The translations under genes and the position numbers were made by a program. A DNA stretch of 28,921 nt from Octopus sinensis (lineage: Eukaryota): NCBI RefSeq assembly GCF_006345805.1, contig NW_021836980.1:1-28921 (forward strand), given 5' to 3'. This document shows, piece by piece, positions 1 through 9,345 of this stretch. Each line of letters starts with the position of its first letter. Position 1 is the stretch's first letter. Under the pieces are notes generated by a model, which saw nothing but the letters and a program-made list of their open reading frames with translations, had not been told where the DNA came from and did not search any database.

Positions 1-554
1 CCTCAGCTGCATAAATACATAGAATTGAATTAAATTAAATCAGATGGACACATTAGTATAATTTTACCTAAAACCTCCAAGAAGGTAAGGAGATAGGCAA
101 AGAACATGCTGTCTTCACTTCAGCTTAGAAGCTACTAAGGTATCAGGAAGACTTGTTAGAGATCTAGCTTGTCAGTGATTTTTGGTGTCGGTTTTAATTT
201 ATAATCTTGTTTATCAAATCTCTGTATATCAAAATCTAAGGCCAAGGAACAAGGAGCAGTGCCTGTTAGGAAAGGGGCTGAGGGAGCCGACAGAAATCAT
301 GGTGGGTATAGCCATAAAACTATCAAGATTAATTTGAAGCAATATAATGAGATTTGGTAAAGGAAAATCTTAAATGAAGATGTTAGCTGACAATTAAAGG
401 GGCAAGACTCTAGCACACCAATACAGGGGAAATTTTATCATGGGGTCCTATAGTTGAATATTTTAAACAATTTTGATTTTAATCACCTTATTTTGAAACT
501 GTATGGATAATACCGTACTAAATTCTGGTACCTCGACTTAAGTACCTAATTCAT

Positions 555-858
555 CTGAGGTCGACTTTGCCTTTCATCCTTTCGGGGTCGATTAAATAAG
601 TACCAGTTACGCACTGGGGTCGATATAATCGACTTAATCTGTTTGTCTACCCTCTGTGTGTTTAGCCCCTTGTGAGTAGTAAAGAAATAGGTATTTCGCC
701 CGTCGCTACGTTCTGAGTTCAAATTCCGCCGGGGTAGACTTTGCTTTTCATCCTTTCGGGGGTTGGTGAAATAAGTACCAGTGAAACATTGGAGGAGTCG
801 ATGTAATCGACTAGTCCCCTCCCCCAAATTTCAGGTCTTGTGCCAATTGTAGAATTTA

Positions 859-860
<2 letters not shown>
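555..860 (+). mobile_element. SINE family B, 5'-truncated dimer (core-tail1-core-tail2)
   Basis: Two copies of the core GAGGTCGACTTTGCCTTTCATCCTTTCGGGGTCGA..AAGTACCAG, joined by the GAAATAG|GTATTTCG junction. Homologous to 17313-17745 and to 19003-19720 on the minus strand. Confidence 0.9.

Positions 861-901
<41 letters not shown>
861..901. repeat. (TTA)n microsatellite
   Basis: Direct reading; source of the poly-I ORF 719..973. Confidence 0.95.
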
Positions 902-902
<1 letters not shown>

Positions 903-1395
903 GATTGAGAGAGCAGTGCATACCAGCAAAGTGAAACTGGGGTAAAATACACGAAGCCCAGTATACCCATCATGATTACCCGTCTGATAAGGGTACACCA
1001 GGCACATGCATCACAACCTTATGTGCGCGACATGGTGATCTCATATCAAGATAAACAGCACATGACCTTGCAGGTGGGACCCAGTGAGAATTTTCTTCAG
1101 GTTGAGTAGCCCATCCCGCTCAAAAGGTCCCTGAATAAGGATTGCTTAAGGATGTTGAAAGAACCACCCATGTTTCCAGAGGTGAATTATTCAAACCCCA
1201 AAGAATCCTTCTCAACACATGGCCATGATGCTCTCCCACTACTTCTGCTCGTGATCAGAGATGCACATATCGTCAGCCACTAAGGGACATGCTCAACTGG
1301 TTAAGGTCAAACTGACAAGCAAATCTGTGGTATTGAGCAGAATATTTATTGTAGCCCATCTTTTATACCAAGACAAAACAATGTACATGATAACA

Positions 1396-1397
<2 letters not shown>
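902..1397 (-). mobile_element. Unclassified ~490-bp interspersed repeat, probably a non-LTR element with an (AAT)n tail
   Basis: Complex block bounded on both sides by (TTA)n. On the minus strand it ends CTCTCTCAATC(AAT)n. It resembles an abundant Octopus repeat from memory; there is only one copy in this window. Confidence 0.5.
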
Positions 1398-1458
<61 letters not shown>

Positions 1459-1472
1459 CATTATCATTGTCA

Positions 1473-1503
<31 letters not shown>

Positions 1504-1520
1504 TTCATTTTATTTTATTT
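1398..1520. repeat. (TTA)n / (TTTA)n microsatellite
   Basis: Direct reading; source of the poly-Y ORF 1261..1587. Confidence 0.95.
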
Positions 1521-2125
1521 TGTTTTGATTCGGTCTGGAGCCAGTTCTCTTTCCTTGCCGCTGTTCGGCGTGTTTATTAAAATCTAAACTCCAAGGGCTC
1601 CAGAGAACCAATTGCTTACTTAGTACCGTTTCCGCAGCATGGAGTAAATAAGATGCTAGCGATTGAAGGGTATATAGTTTTGCTGTGTTTTATTATGGAC
1701 CCCCAAATATAATTATTTTTAAAACTATTTTACAATATTTTGTTGTTGGTTTTTTTTTGTTTTTCGTGTTAACAAAGATAAAAAGCTTTTTTCGCAAATG
1801 CCATTTGCATACATGGTGGAGGAATAGTTTTGACATGTGGATATCATTCTGTAAAATCTCACCCACTCAGCTGTGAATCAGCATGGAATCGGCTTTATCA
1901 GACTGAGACAGACAGGGTTGATAAGCCTCGACGAGAAGCCCGACTATTGCTGCACAAGGAACTATGTGGAGACTGTAGGTGGTCGGTTTGATAGGCTAAA
2001 AATAGTAGCCAAATCTTCCCCCGTTCATCCTCACATTGCCTAAGAAAAGGAAAGGATTTATATGTTATATGGTATAGTTCTCGGTACACTAGTTGAAAGA
2101 AAAACTGTTTGAACATGAAAATATA

Positions 2126-2516
2126 GGCGCAGGAGTGGCTGTGTGGTAAGAAGCTTGCTTCCCAACCACGTGGCTCCAAGTTCAATCCCACTGCATGGCA
2201 CCTTGGGCCGACTAAAATCCTGTGAGTGGATTTAGTAGACGGACAATGAAAGAAGTCCGTCGTATATATATATATATGTACGTGTGTGTATGTGGTAGGG
2301 GTGTTTATGACTGTGTTTGCTCCCCCTCACCACGTCCGCTTGACAACCGGTGTTGGCGTGTTTACGTCCCCGTAACTTAGCGGTTCGGCAAGACAGATCG
2401 AGAGAACAAGTACCAGACTTTTAAAAAAGAGAATAAACTGGGGTCGATTCATTCGAATGAAACTTCTTCGAGGCGGTGCTCCAGTATGACTGAGGCAAGT
2501 AAAAGATAAAAGATAA
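2126..2516 (+). mobile_element. SINE family A, full length (tRNA-derived head, CORE-like CCTTGGGCAAG segment, internal (TA/TG)n, 3' domain with AAAAGAG-type tail)
   Basis: A-box-like GGCTGTGTGG and B-box-like GTTCAATCCC. Collinear with 5501-5909, 15004-15469 and 20738-21180. Confidence 0.9.
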
Positions 2517-2748
2517 ACACAAATACGGGCGTGCTTGTGTATTCTTTCAGTTTCTGTCTACCAGATCCACTCACAAGGATTTGGTCGGCTTGACAACCGA
2601 TGCTGGTGTGTTTACGTCCCCGTGACTCAGCGGTTCGGCAAGAGGGGATAAGTACTAGGCTAACAAAGAATAAGTCCTGGGTTGATTAATTCGACTAAAA
2701 GGCGATGTTCTAGCATGGCCGCAGTCAAATGACTGAAGCAAGTAAAAT
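2517..2748 (+). mobile_element. SINE family A with inverted 5' part (minus-strand middle segment fused to plus-strand 3' domain)
   Basis: 2517-2589 is the reverse complement of the family A middle segment (GCCGACC...GGAAACTGAAAGAA). It joins directly to TTGACAACCGATGCTGG of the 3' domain. Confidence 0.8.
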
Positions 2749-2763
2749 AATATTATATATAAC

Positions 2764-2910
2764 CGTTACTTAGCGGTTCGGCAAAAGAGACCGATAGAAT
2801 AAGTACTGGGCTTACAAAAGAATAAGTCCCGGGGTCGAGTTGCTCGATTAAAGGCGGTGCTCCAGCATGGCCGCAGTCAAATGACTGAAACAAGTAAAAG
2901 AGTAAAAGAG
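2764..2910 (+). mobile_element. SINE family A 3' domain
   Basis: CTTAGCGGTTCGGCAAAAGAGACCGATAGAATAAGTACT...GTAAAAGAGTAAAAGAG, shared with the other A copies. Confidence 0.9.
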
Positions 2911-2970
2911 TATATATATATATGAAAAAACAAGTCAAGATAGAAAATGCTAAAATAATTTTATAAAGAA

Positions 2971-3017
2971 CATTTCAGTACCGGTTTCAGTCATTTGAGA
3001 CCTTTTCAACTGTAACG
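2971..3017 (-). ncRNA. Minimal type I hammerhead ribozyme motif (Penelope-like pseudo-LTR type), U3-A8 core variant
   Basis: Minus strand reads CGUUACAG-UUGAAAA-GGUC(UCAAAU)GACU-GAAA-CCGG-UA-CUGAAAUG. Stem I has 7/8 positions paired, stem II has 4 bp, stem III is the palindrome ACCGGU, and the cleavage triplet is GUA. Confidence 0.65.
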
Positions 3018-3772
3018 ATTAAATAATTAAATTTAGAAAAATTAAAAGAAAAGTTTTTTCTAAAAGAATATTAGTATAGTGTTCAAATATAAGTGGCATT
3101 TTCCTTGTTTCTGCCTTCTCTGTCTATATATATATGTATGTATATGTATATCTATATTTTTACGAGCGTTTTATGTATATGTGTATATGTATATTCAAAC
3201 ATGTATGTATACATATATTTTTGCGTGCGTATACGCTCTCATGCGTTTATACACACATCCAACGGATTGCTTAGCGGAATACAAATAGTTTCTCACACTT
3301 GTATATAATAAAACTGGCAATGTCAAAATAATAATAACAATAATAATAATAATAATATGATAAAAAACAACAACAACAACGTTTAATGGAGATGATTTAT
3401 AAGTTGCTACTGTAGAAGACATGAAAATATGAAACCGTAACAGCGTTTTCCTCTTTCAACGATACTGTCTCTGTCGAAAGAGAGATGATGCTCTTATGAC
3501 ACCCAACTCTCTTTTTCTCTCTCTGATGATGGGGATTGCGATGATGATGATGGTGCTAACGGACGGGGGTTTGGGGGAGGCAGACAGAGGCACTTGTGAT
3601 ATTTGGTAAGCTGATGGTATCATATATCAGTGCCATTTAGAAGAATAGGAAACGGGACTGGGTAGGCATATTGAAATAAGCGTATAATACATACACTATA
3701 AATCATCAGTGTATGTATGTGTGTATCTGTGGTGTGTATTATAAAATATTATATTATATATTTTGACACGCG

Positions 3773-3775
<3 letters not shown>

Positions 3776-3851
<76 letters not shown>

Positions 3852-3858
3852 GTATATG
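3776..3858. repeat. (TA)n then (TATG)n microsatellite
   Basis: Direct reading. Confidence 0.95.
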
Positions 3859-4149
3859 GGGTGGGGGCTGTGCTATACAGACATAATTACACCAAGTATG
3901 TATGTAGTCTTTATACACACAAACGCATATACACACATGACAACACTATTATTTATATACAAACAAATATAAACATGTATATATGCATAAAAAAATACAC
4001 ATTAAACAGGGTTCCATATTTCAAACGAATGCACACACACACACAAATATATGTGTTTATATATAAATATATATATATATGCATGCACAGGTATGTATAT
4101 GTATGTTTATACGCACGTGTGTATGCCTAAATATCTGTGCACACCTGTC

Positions 4150-4320
4150 AATGCCGTGTGTGCCATAAGGTGTACGATCTGACGGAGGCCTCAAAAGATA
4201 TTTTAAGAGCCACAAGATCAGAACTTAACTGCTGCTCTTGGTGGTCCAAATCAGATACACAATCGACGTGGGTGGCTTTTCAATACATTGTCTCTGGTTT
4301 AAAAAACCACACCAGATCTA
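4150..4320 (+). mobile_element. Highly decayed RTE-clade LINE ORF2 C-terminal fragment
   Basis: One frame reads GVRSDGGLKRYFK, like the RTE motif G-K-R-S-x-G-G-Q-K-K-R-(Y/F)-K. A second frame continues WWSKSDTQSTW, like W-x-x-x-A-x-D-R-S-T-W. Stops and frameshifts are present. Confidence 0.35.
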
Positions 4321-4426
4321 GAATGTAGGTACAAGAAGGGATCAAAGTCTGCATAAAGAGTAGACAACCACTATGTATATATGTATATATATATGTGTGT
4401 GTGTGTGGGTGTGTGGTGTGTGTGTT

Positions 4427-4649
4427 GGTGTCTGTGTTTGTCCCCCTAGCATTGCGCTTGACAACCGATGTGGTGTGTTTTACGTCTCTCGTCACTTAGC
4501 GGTTCGGCAAAAGAGACCGATGGAATAAGTACTGGGCTTACAAAGAATAAGTCCCGGGGTCGATTTGCTCGACTAAAGGCGGTGCTCCAGCATGGCCGCA
4601 GTCAAATGACTGAAACAAGTAAAAGAGTAAAAGATTAAAGAGTAAAGAG
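4427..4649 (+). mobile_element. SINE family A 3' domain
   Basis: Near-identical to 5700-5909. Confidence 0.9.
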
Positions 4650-4699
4650 TATGTATGTATGTATGTATGTATGTATGTATGTATGTATGTATGTATGTA

Positions 4700-4733
<34 letters not shown>

Positions 4734-4735
4734 TT

Positions 4736-4877
4736 TGTGTCTGTGCTTATAAACCCCACCTCCAACATCGCTTGACATCCGATGTTGGTGGGTTTACGTC
4801 CCCGTAAATTAGCGGTTCGGCAAAAGAGACCGATAGAATAAGTACTAAGCTTACAAAGTATAAGTCCTGGGGTCGAT
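4736..4877 (+). mobile_element. SINE family A partial 3' domain, truncated by a (TATG)n array
   Basis: Homology ends at GGGGTCGAT, where the array begins. Confidence 0.85.
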
Positions 4878-4932
4878 ATGTATATATGTATGTATGTATG
4901 TATATATGTATGGATGTATGTATGTATGTATG

Positions 4933-4963
<31 letters not shown>

Positions 4964-4968
4964 GTACG

Positions 4969-5003
<35 letters not shown>

Positions 5004-5382
5004 GTAAGTATGTATGTTTGTATGTATGTATGTATGTATGTATGTATGTTTGTATGTATGTATGTTTGTATGTTTGTATGTATGTATGTATGTATGTATG
5101 TATGTTTGTATGTATGTATATATGTATGTCTGTATGTAGGTATGTTGTAGTATTTGTATGTATGTATGTATGTATGTATGTTGTTTGTATGGTATGTATG
5201 TATGTATGTATGTATGTGGTATGTTTGTATGTATGTATGTATGTATGTAAGTATGTATGTATGTATGTTTGTATGTATGTATGCATGCATGTATGTATGT
5301 ATGTATGCATGTATGCATGTATGTTTGTATGTATGTATGTATGTATGTATGTATGTATTATGCATGTATGTATGTATGTATG
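4878..5382. repeat. ~500-bp imperfect (TATG)n array
   Basis: Direct reading; source of the HTYI/YVCM ORFs. Confidence 0.97.
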
Positions 5383-5500
5383 GCGAATTGTCAAAGTCGG
5401 TAGAGCGTCGTTTGATTGTTTAGCAGTGTACTTCCCGACATTCAACATTCAACATTCCCGCCAAGATCGATTTTGCCTAAGGTATGAAAGGTACCACATA

Positions 5501-5909
5501 GACGCAGGAGTGGCTGTGTGGTAAGTAGCTTGCTAACCAACCACATGGTTCCGGGTTCAGTCCCACTGCGTGGCATCTTGGGCAAGTGTCTTCTGCTATA
5601 GCCCCGGCCGATCAATGCCTTGTGAGTGGATTTGGTAGACGGAAACTGAAAGAAGCCTGTCGTATATATGTATATATATATGTGTGTGTGTGTATGTGTT
5701 TGTGTGTCTGTGTTTGTCCCCCTAGCATTGCTTGACAACCGATGCTGGTGTGTTTACGTCCCCGTCACTTAGCGGTTCGGCAAAAGAGACCGATGGAATA
5801 AGTACTGGCTTACAAAGAATAAGTCCCGGGATCGATTTGCTCGACTAAAAAGGCGGTGCTCCATCATGGCCGCAGTCAAATGACTGAAACAAGTAAAAGA
5901 GTAAAGAGT
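5501..5909 (+). mobile_element. SINE family A, full length
   Basis: GCAGGAGTGGCTGTGTGGTAAG...GGTTCAGTCCC head, CORE-like middle, microsatellite and 3' domain. Confidence 0.93.
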
Positions 5910-6311
5910 ATACAGTCGGGGGGGGGGAGGGGTAAATGTGTAGACACAATTACAGCCTTTTTGTATGGCCCGGCTGTCGGGAACGTCTGCATGGACTGTA
6001 ACCTGTGCCAAGCTATATTGGCCCCTGGTTTTATCATTGCAGGACATCGGTTGTATGAAGAAGGGGCAACCTACAGAGATGGACGTTTGCTAGTCTTCCA
6101 CACAAAACTAGTATTTTCTTGCGCTTGCGCTTCTTCAATTTCATCTTCGTCCTGAACATGGAATTATGTTAAGATCTACAAGCTTTGATGATCGGTTAGT
6201 ATGGAACTTCACTGTTCAGTAGAAACGGTCAGATTTAGAGAGGACATGTCATTGATGACGTGGATAATGGCGAAAGGAATTTGACAAACCTAGCTAATAG
6301 ACTTTTTTTTT

Positions 6312-6430
6312 TTCTTATTCCTTTCTGTTGAAGAGCATAAGCTCGAAACGTAAAAGACCTTTCCATTCTTCCCGCTTCTTGTTCCTAAACCTGTCTTCGT
6401 CTTTTGTTTTCTATAAATGCGAACTATAAT
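6312..6430 (+). mobile_element. Penelope-like pseudo-LTR remnant containing a hammerhead-like motif at 6321-6356
   Basis: CTTT-CTGTTGA-A-GAGC(ATAA)GCTC-GAAA-CG-TA-AAAG, followed by pyrimidine-rich ...CCTGTCTTCGTCTTTTG... The Penelope assignment rests on motif architecture and recollection of this Octopus repeat. Confidence 0.55.
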
Positions 6431-6815
6431 TGTGAAGCATGACTGTCAACACTACTACATGAACCCGAAGATTGCAGAATTCAATGCATGAAAGTACTAG
6501 TTCAATCAGAATGAACATTTAACATTCTACTATTTTATTTTATTTTATTCTATTATAATATATTATCTTATAATATATCATTATAAGATTGTAAATAAAA
6601 CGTGAAAATCAGACAAGGTTGGAATTCCTTTTATTAATATATGTATATATATATGCCAAGTGGGACATCAGCATGCATGTGTGTATGCTAGTCTCTTAAA
6701 AGAAACAGAGCGAAGAAGAAATAAATTTCATATATTAGATTTTGTATGGTGTTATGTTTCCAATGAGAACGTGACATATTCATATGCCAAACAACACACA
6801 AACACACAAACTCTC

Positions 6816-6863
<48 letters not shown>

Positions 6864-7070
6864 GCAGAGATAGGATTCCTTTATTTCTGATCGGCAGGAT
6901 GTTCCCAAGAAGCCTCATGGGCCGAGGGATTCGTGCATGGTTCACATCAAAGTGATAATTGCCATTCTCAAAACTCGGTTCTTCAGTCACTTTTGTAACA
7001 TTTTGGCCATTAAAAATAATTAAAAAGTAGCATATATATATATACGCACACACGCACACATACATAACCC

Positions 7071-7229
7071 CGCGGCAGTGGCTGTGTGGTAAGTAGCATG
7101 CTTGCTAACCACATGGCTCCGGGTTCATCCCACTGCGTGGCAACTTGGGCAAATATCTTCTACTATAGCTTCGGGCCGACCAGAGCCTTGGGAGTGGATT
7201 TGGTAGACGGAAACTGAAAGAAGCCGTCG

Positions 7230-7230
<1 letters not shown>
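7071..7230 (+). mobile_element. SINE family A 5' half
   Basis: Head and middle homologous to 5501-5663; ends in (TA)n. Confidence 0.9.
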
Positions 7231-7264
<34 letters not shown>

Positions 7265-7265
7265 C

Positions 7266-7425
7266 ATATAAAAGTAAATAAAAATGGCACACTAAGCACC
7301 GATATTTACGCATCTTTACCAGTACATACGCAGTGAGCTATACATTAGCGTCGTATTTATTACGTTCGCTATTTTCCAGTAAATATCGGTTCGCTTCGTT
7401 GTGCCATTTATTTACTTTGATATGA
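7266..7425. repeat. Imperfect ~45-bp inverted repeat (candidate MITE or foldback element)
   Basis: Left arm 7266-7310 CATATAAAAGTAAATAAAAAATGGCACACTAAGCACCGATATTTAC. Reverse complement of the right arm 7379-7425 is CATATCAAAGTAAATAAATGGCACAACGAAGCGAACCGATATTTAC. Confidence 0.75.
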
Positions 7426-7598
7426 TAATTTTACCCTCACGGGCTATCTTTACTGGAAAGCAATACTCTCGTATTGCATTACTATTTTCATATATATATA
7501 TATATATATACTCATGTATTACGTTCTGTGTCTCCTGTTTGCCCACCCAGACACAAAGATAGATAGATAGACATCAATATATGTACACATATATAGTC

Positions 7599-7631
<33 letters not shown>

Positions 7632-7875
7632 CTTCTGTGTGTATACATATGTATATATATATATACATATATATACGTCTATGTATATGTGTGTATGTAT
7701 GTATATGTGTATATATGTGTATGAATGTATGCATAAGTATATTTATGTATGTGTATTATGTATACATATGTATATGTATACATATGTGCCTATGTTTGTT
7801 TGTATGTATGTATGCACGCATGCATGAATGTATCACAGCTGGATTTTCTTCCATCCATGAAGTCAAGATCTAACC

Positions 7876-7948
7876 GTAGCAAACCCGATCATGTTTTTAC
7901 AATAAAATTTTGTTTCTATGTTTTATTGTTGCCTGACGAGGGTAGCAA
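7876..7948 (+). ncRNA. Degenerate, circularly permuted hammerhead-like unit (66-nt period)
   Basis: GTAGCAA is repeated at 7876 and 7942. ACCC (7883-7886) pairs with GGGT (7940-7943). ACAATAAAA (7899-7907) pairs with TTTTATTGT (7921-7929). A canonical CTGACGA lies at 7933-7939, but GAAA is degraded to GAT. Confidence 0.35.
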
Positions 7949-8540
7949 GGAGGGTCACTACGTAGCAGGACCTTGCGGATGTAATACACATCAGAAATGA
8001 CAAGACAAAGAAATGCTAGAGTATTAGGTTGGTCCGGGCGTAAAAGACACGTAAGTTTGCTTGTTCAAACTAGCAAAATCCAATATAGTAAGTAACGAAA
8101 GAAGTCATAGAAACAGGTAACAGAATAAACAATATGAGGTCTGTGGATTTGGCAGCATTTTTCGTGCTGAGGAGGGGATCGGTGGCAATTGAAAAAGGGG
8201 CGAACAAATTCCCATATTTCGTAGGATTAAGATGATAATTTTTTATCCTTGATAAGTGTACAGATTGTCTTTTAATGCGATTTAGACCAACACCATAGTT
8301 AATAGCCTGAAGATCCCCACTTAGCAAACTCGAAGGCATCAACACTTCCTGATGAACCAATAATTTGCGTGTGACATTTTCAATGCACCACAATACAAAG
8401 ACATAGAAACTATAAAACCTGTTCTTGTGCTCGTGTCCTTCCCTTTTCTTACAATTTTATAACATGATTTTCTAATTACTTTTTTTTTACTTTTCATATA
8501 CTCGCTATTTCTCCCTCTCTCACAATGCTTCCATTTTTCT

Positions 8541-8580
8541 TCAGTTTTCTGTAGAAGGACTAATGTCCGAAACACTGAGA
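8541..8580 (+). ncRNA. Degenerate hammerhead-like motif (Penelope type)
   Basis: CTGTAGA-A-GGAC(TAAT)GTCC-GAAAC, flanked by TTCAGT and ACTGAG. The cleavage triplet is not intact. Confidence 0.4.
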
Positions 8581-9002
8581 CGCTCTCATTTCTGCTTCTC
8601 AAATGTTAAGCTAACCTTATATTTGTTAAATCTTGTTCATTCTATGTCGTTATTTTTAACGCTTATTGACCTTACATCTCACTCTTTTCTTCAGTATGTG
8701 CACTGCTTCGGTAACTTGTAGGAGCATCGTATCTTGTGGATGAGCGTGTGTGCAGAACAACGCATTCAAAGTACAACGATATCTCTTTCAACACACTTTT
8801 ACACATCAAGAATCTTGCGAAAACAAATACGAAAACTACACACACACACACATATATATAGTATCAATATATACTTATACACTCATACATAAACGAATAC
8901 ATATGTACCTATATATAGATATATCTACATGTGTGTAACATTATCAACATTTTCTAAAGGAAATGATTAATGATGTTTAAAAATATAAGTGATATACATA
9001 CA

Positions 9003-9042
<40 letters not shown>

Positions 9043-9247
9043 AACGAACATGCGCATATGCGATATGCGTGTTTGTCTGTCTGTCTGTCTCTCCGTGTAT
9101 CAGAATACGTCAGATCATAAGACAGTTACTAAATATCTCAAAGCTATAATTTCACTTAAATATCTCCAAAGATTGTTAAGCTATGCCCCAGGTGTTTCGT
9201 AAATGGATGGCGGTGGGGACAGGGCCAATGGTAGCGTTATATTCTTC

Positions 9248-9278
<31 letters not shown>

Positions 9279-9345
9279 TGTTGATTTTAATATACTTTTA
9301 CTGATTAACCGGCGGTATCTATCAGGACATGGCGTCTGTGTTTGA

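Noticed and set aside
3403-3442. CTGTAGAAGACATGAAAATATGAAACCGTAACAG, a possible fifth hammerhead
   Set aside because: Stem II is mismatched, the closing G-C pair is absent and stem I cannot be placed consistently.
5381-5420. WRIVKVGRASFD, resembling the RTE W-R-x-x-V-x-x-G motif
   Set aside because: Too short to distinguish from chance.
4538-5524. Long ORFs of 155-275 aa (HTYI/YVCM repeats)
   Set aside because: Translations of the (TATG)n array plus SINE A. Stop-free only because of repeat composition.
6688-7065. 125-aa minus-strand ORF with a protein-like middle (GQNVTKVTEEPSFENGNYHF...)
   Set aside because: Both ends lie in microsatellites, there are no convincing splice sites and no known domain.
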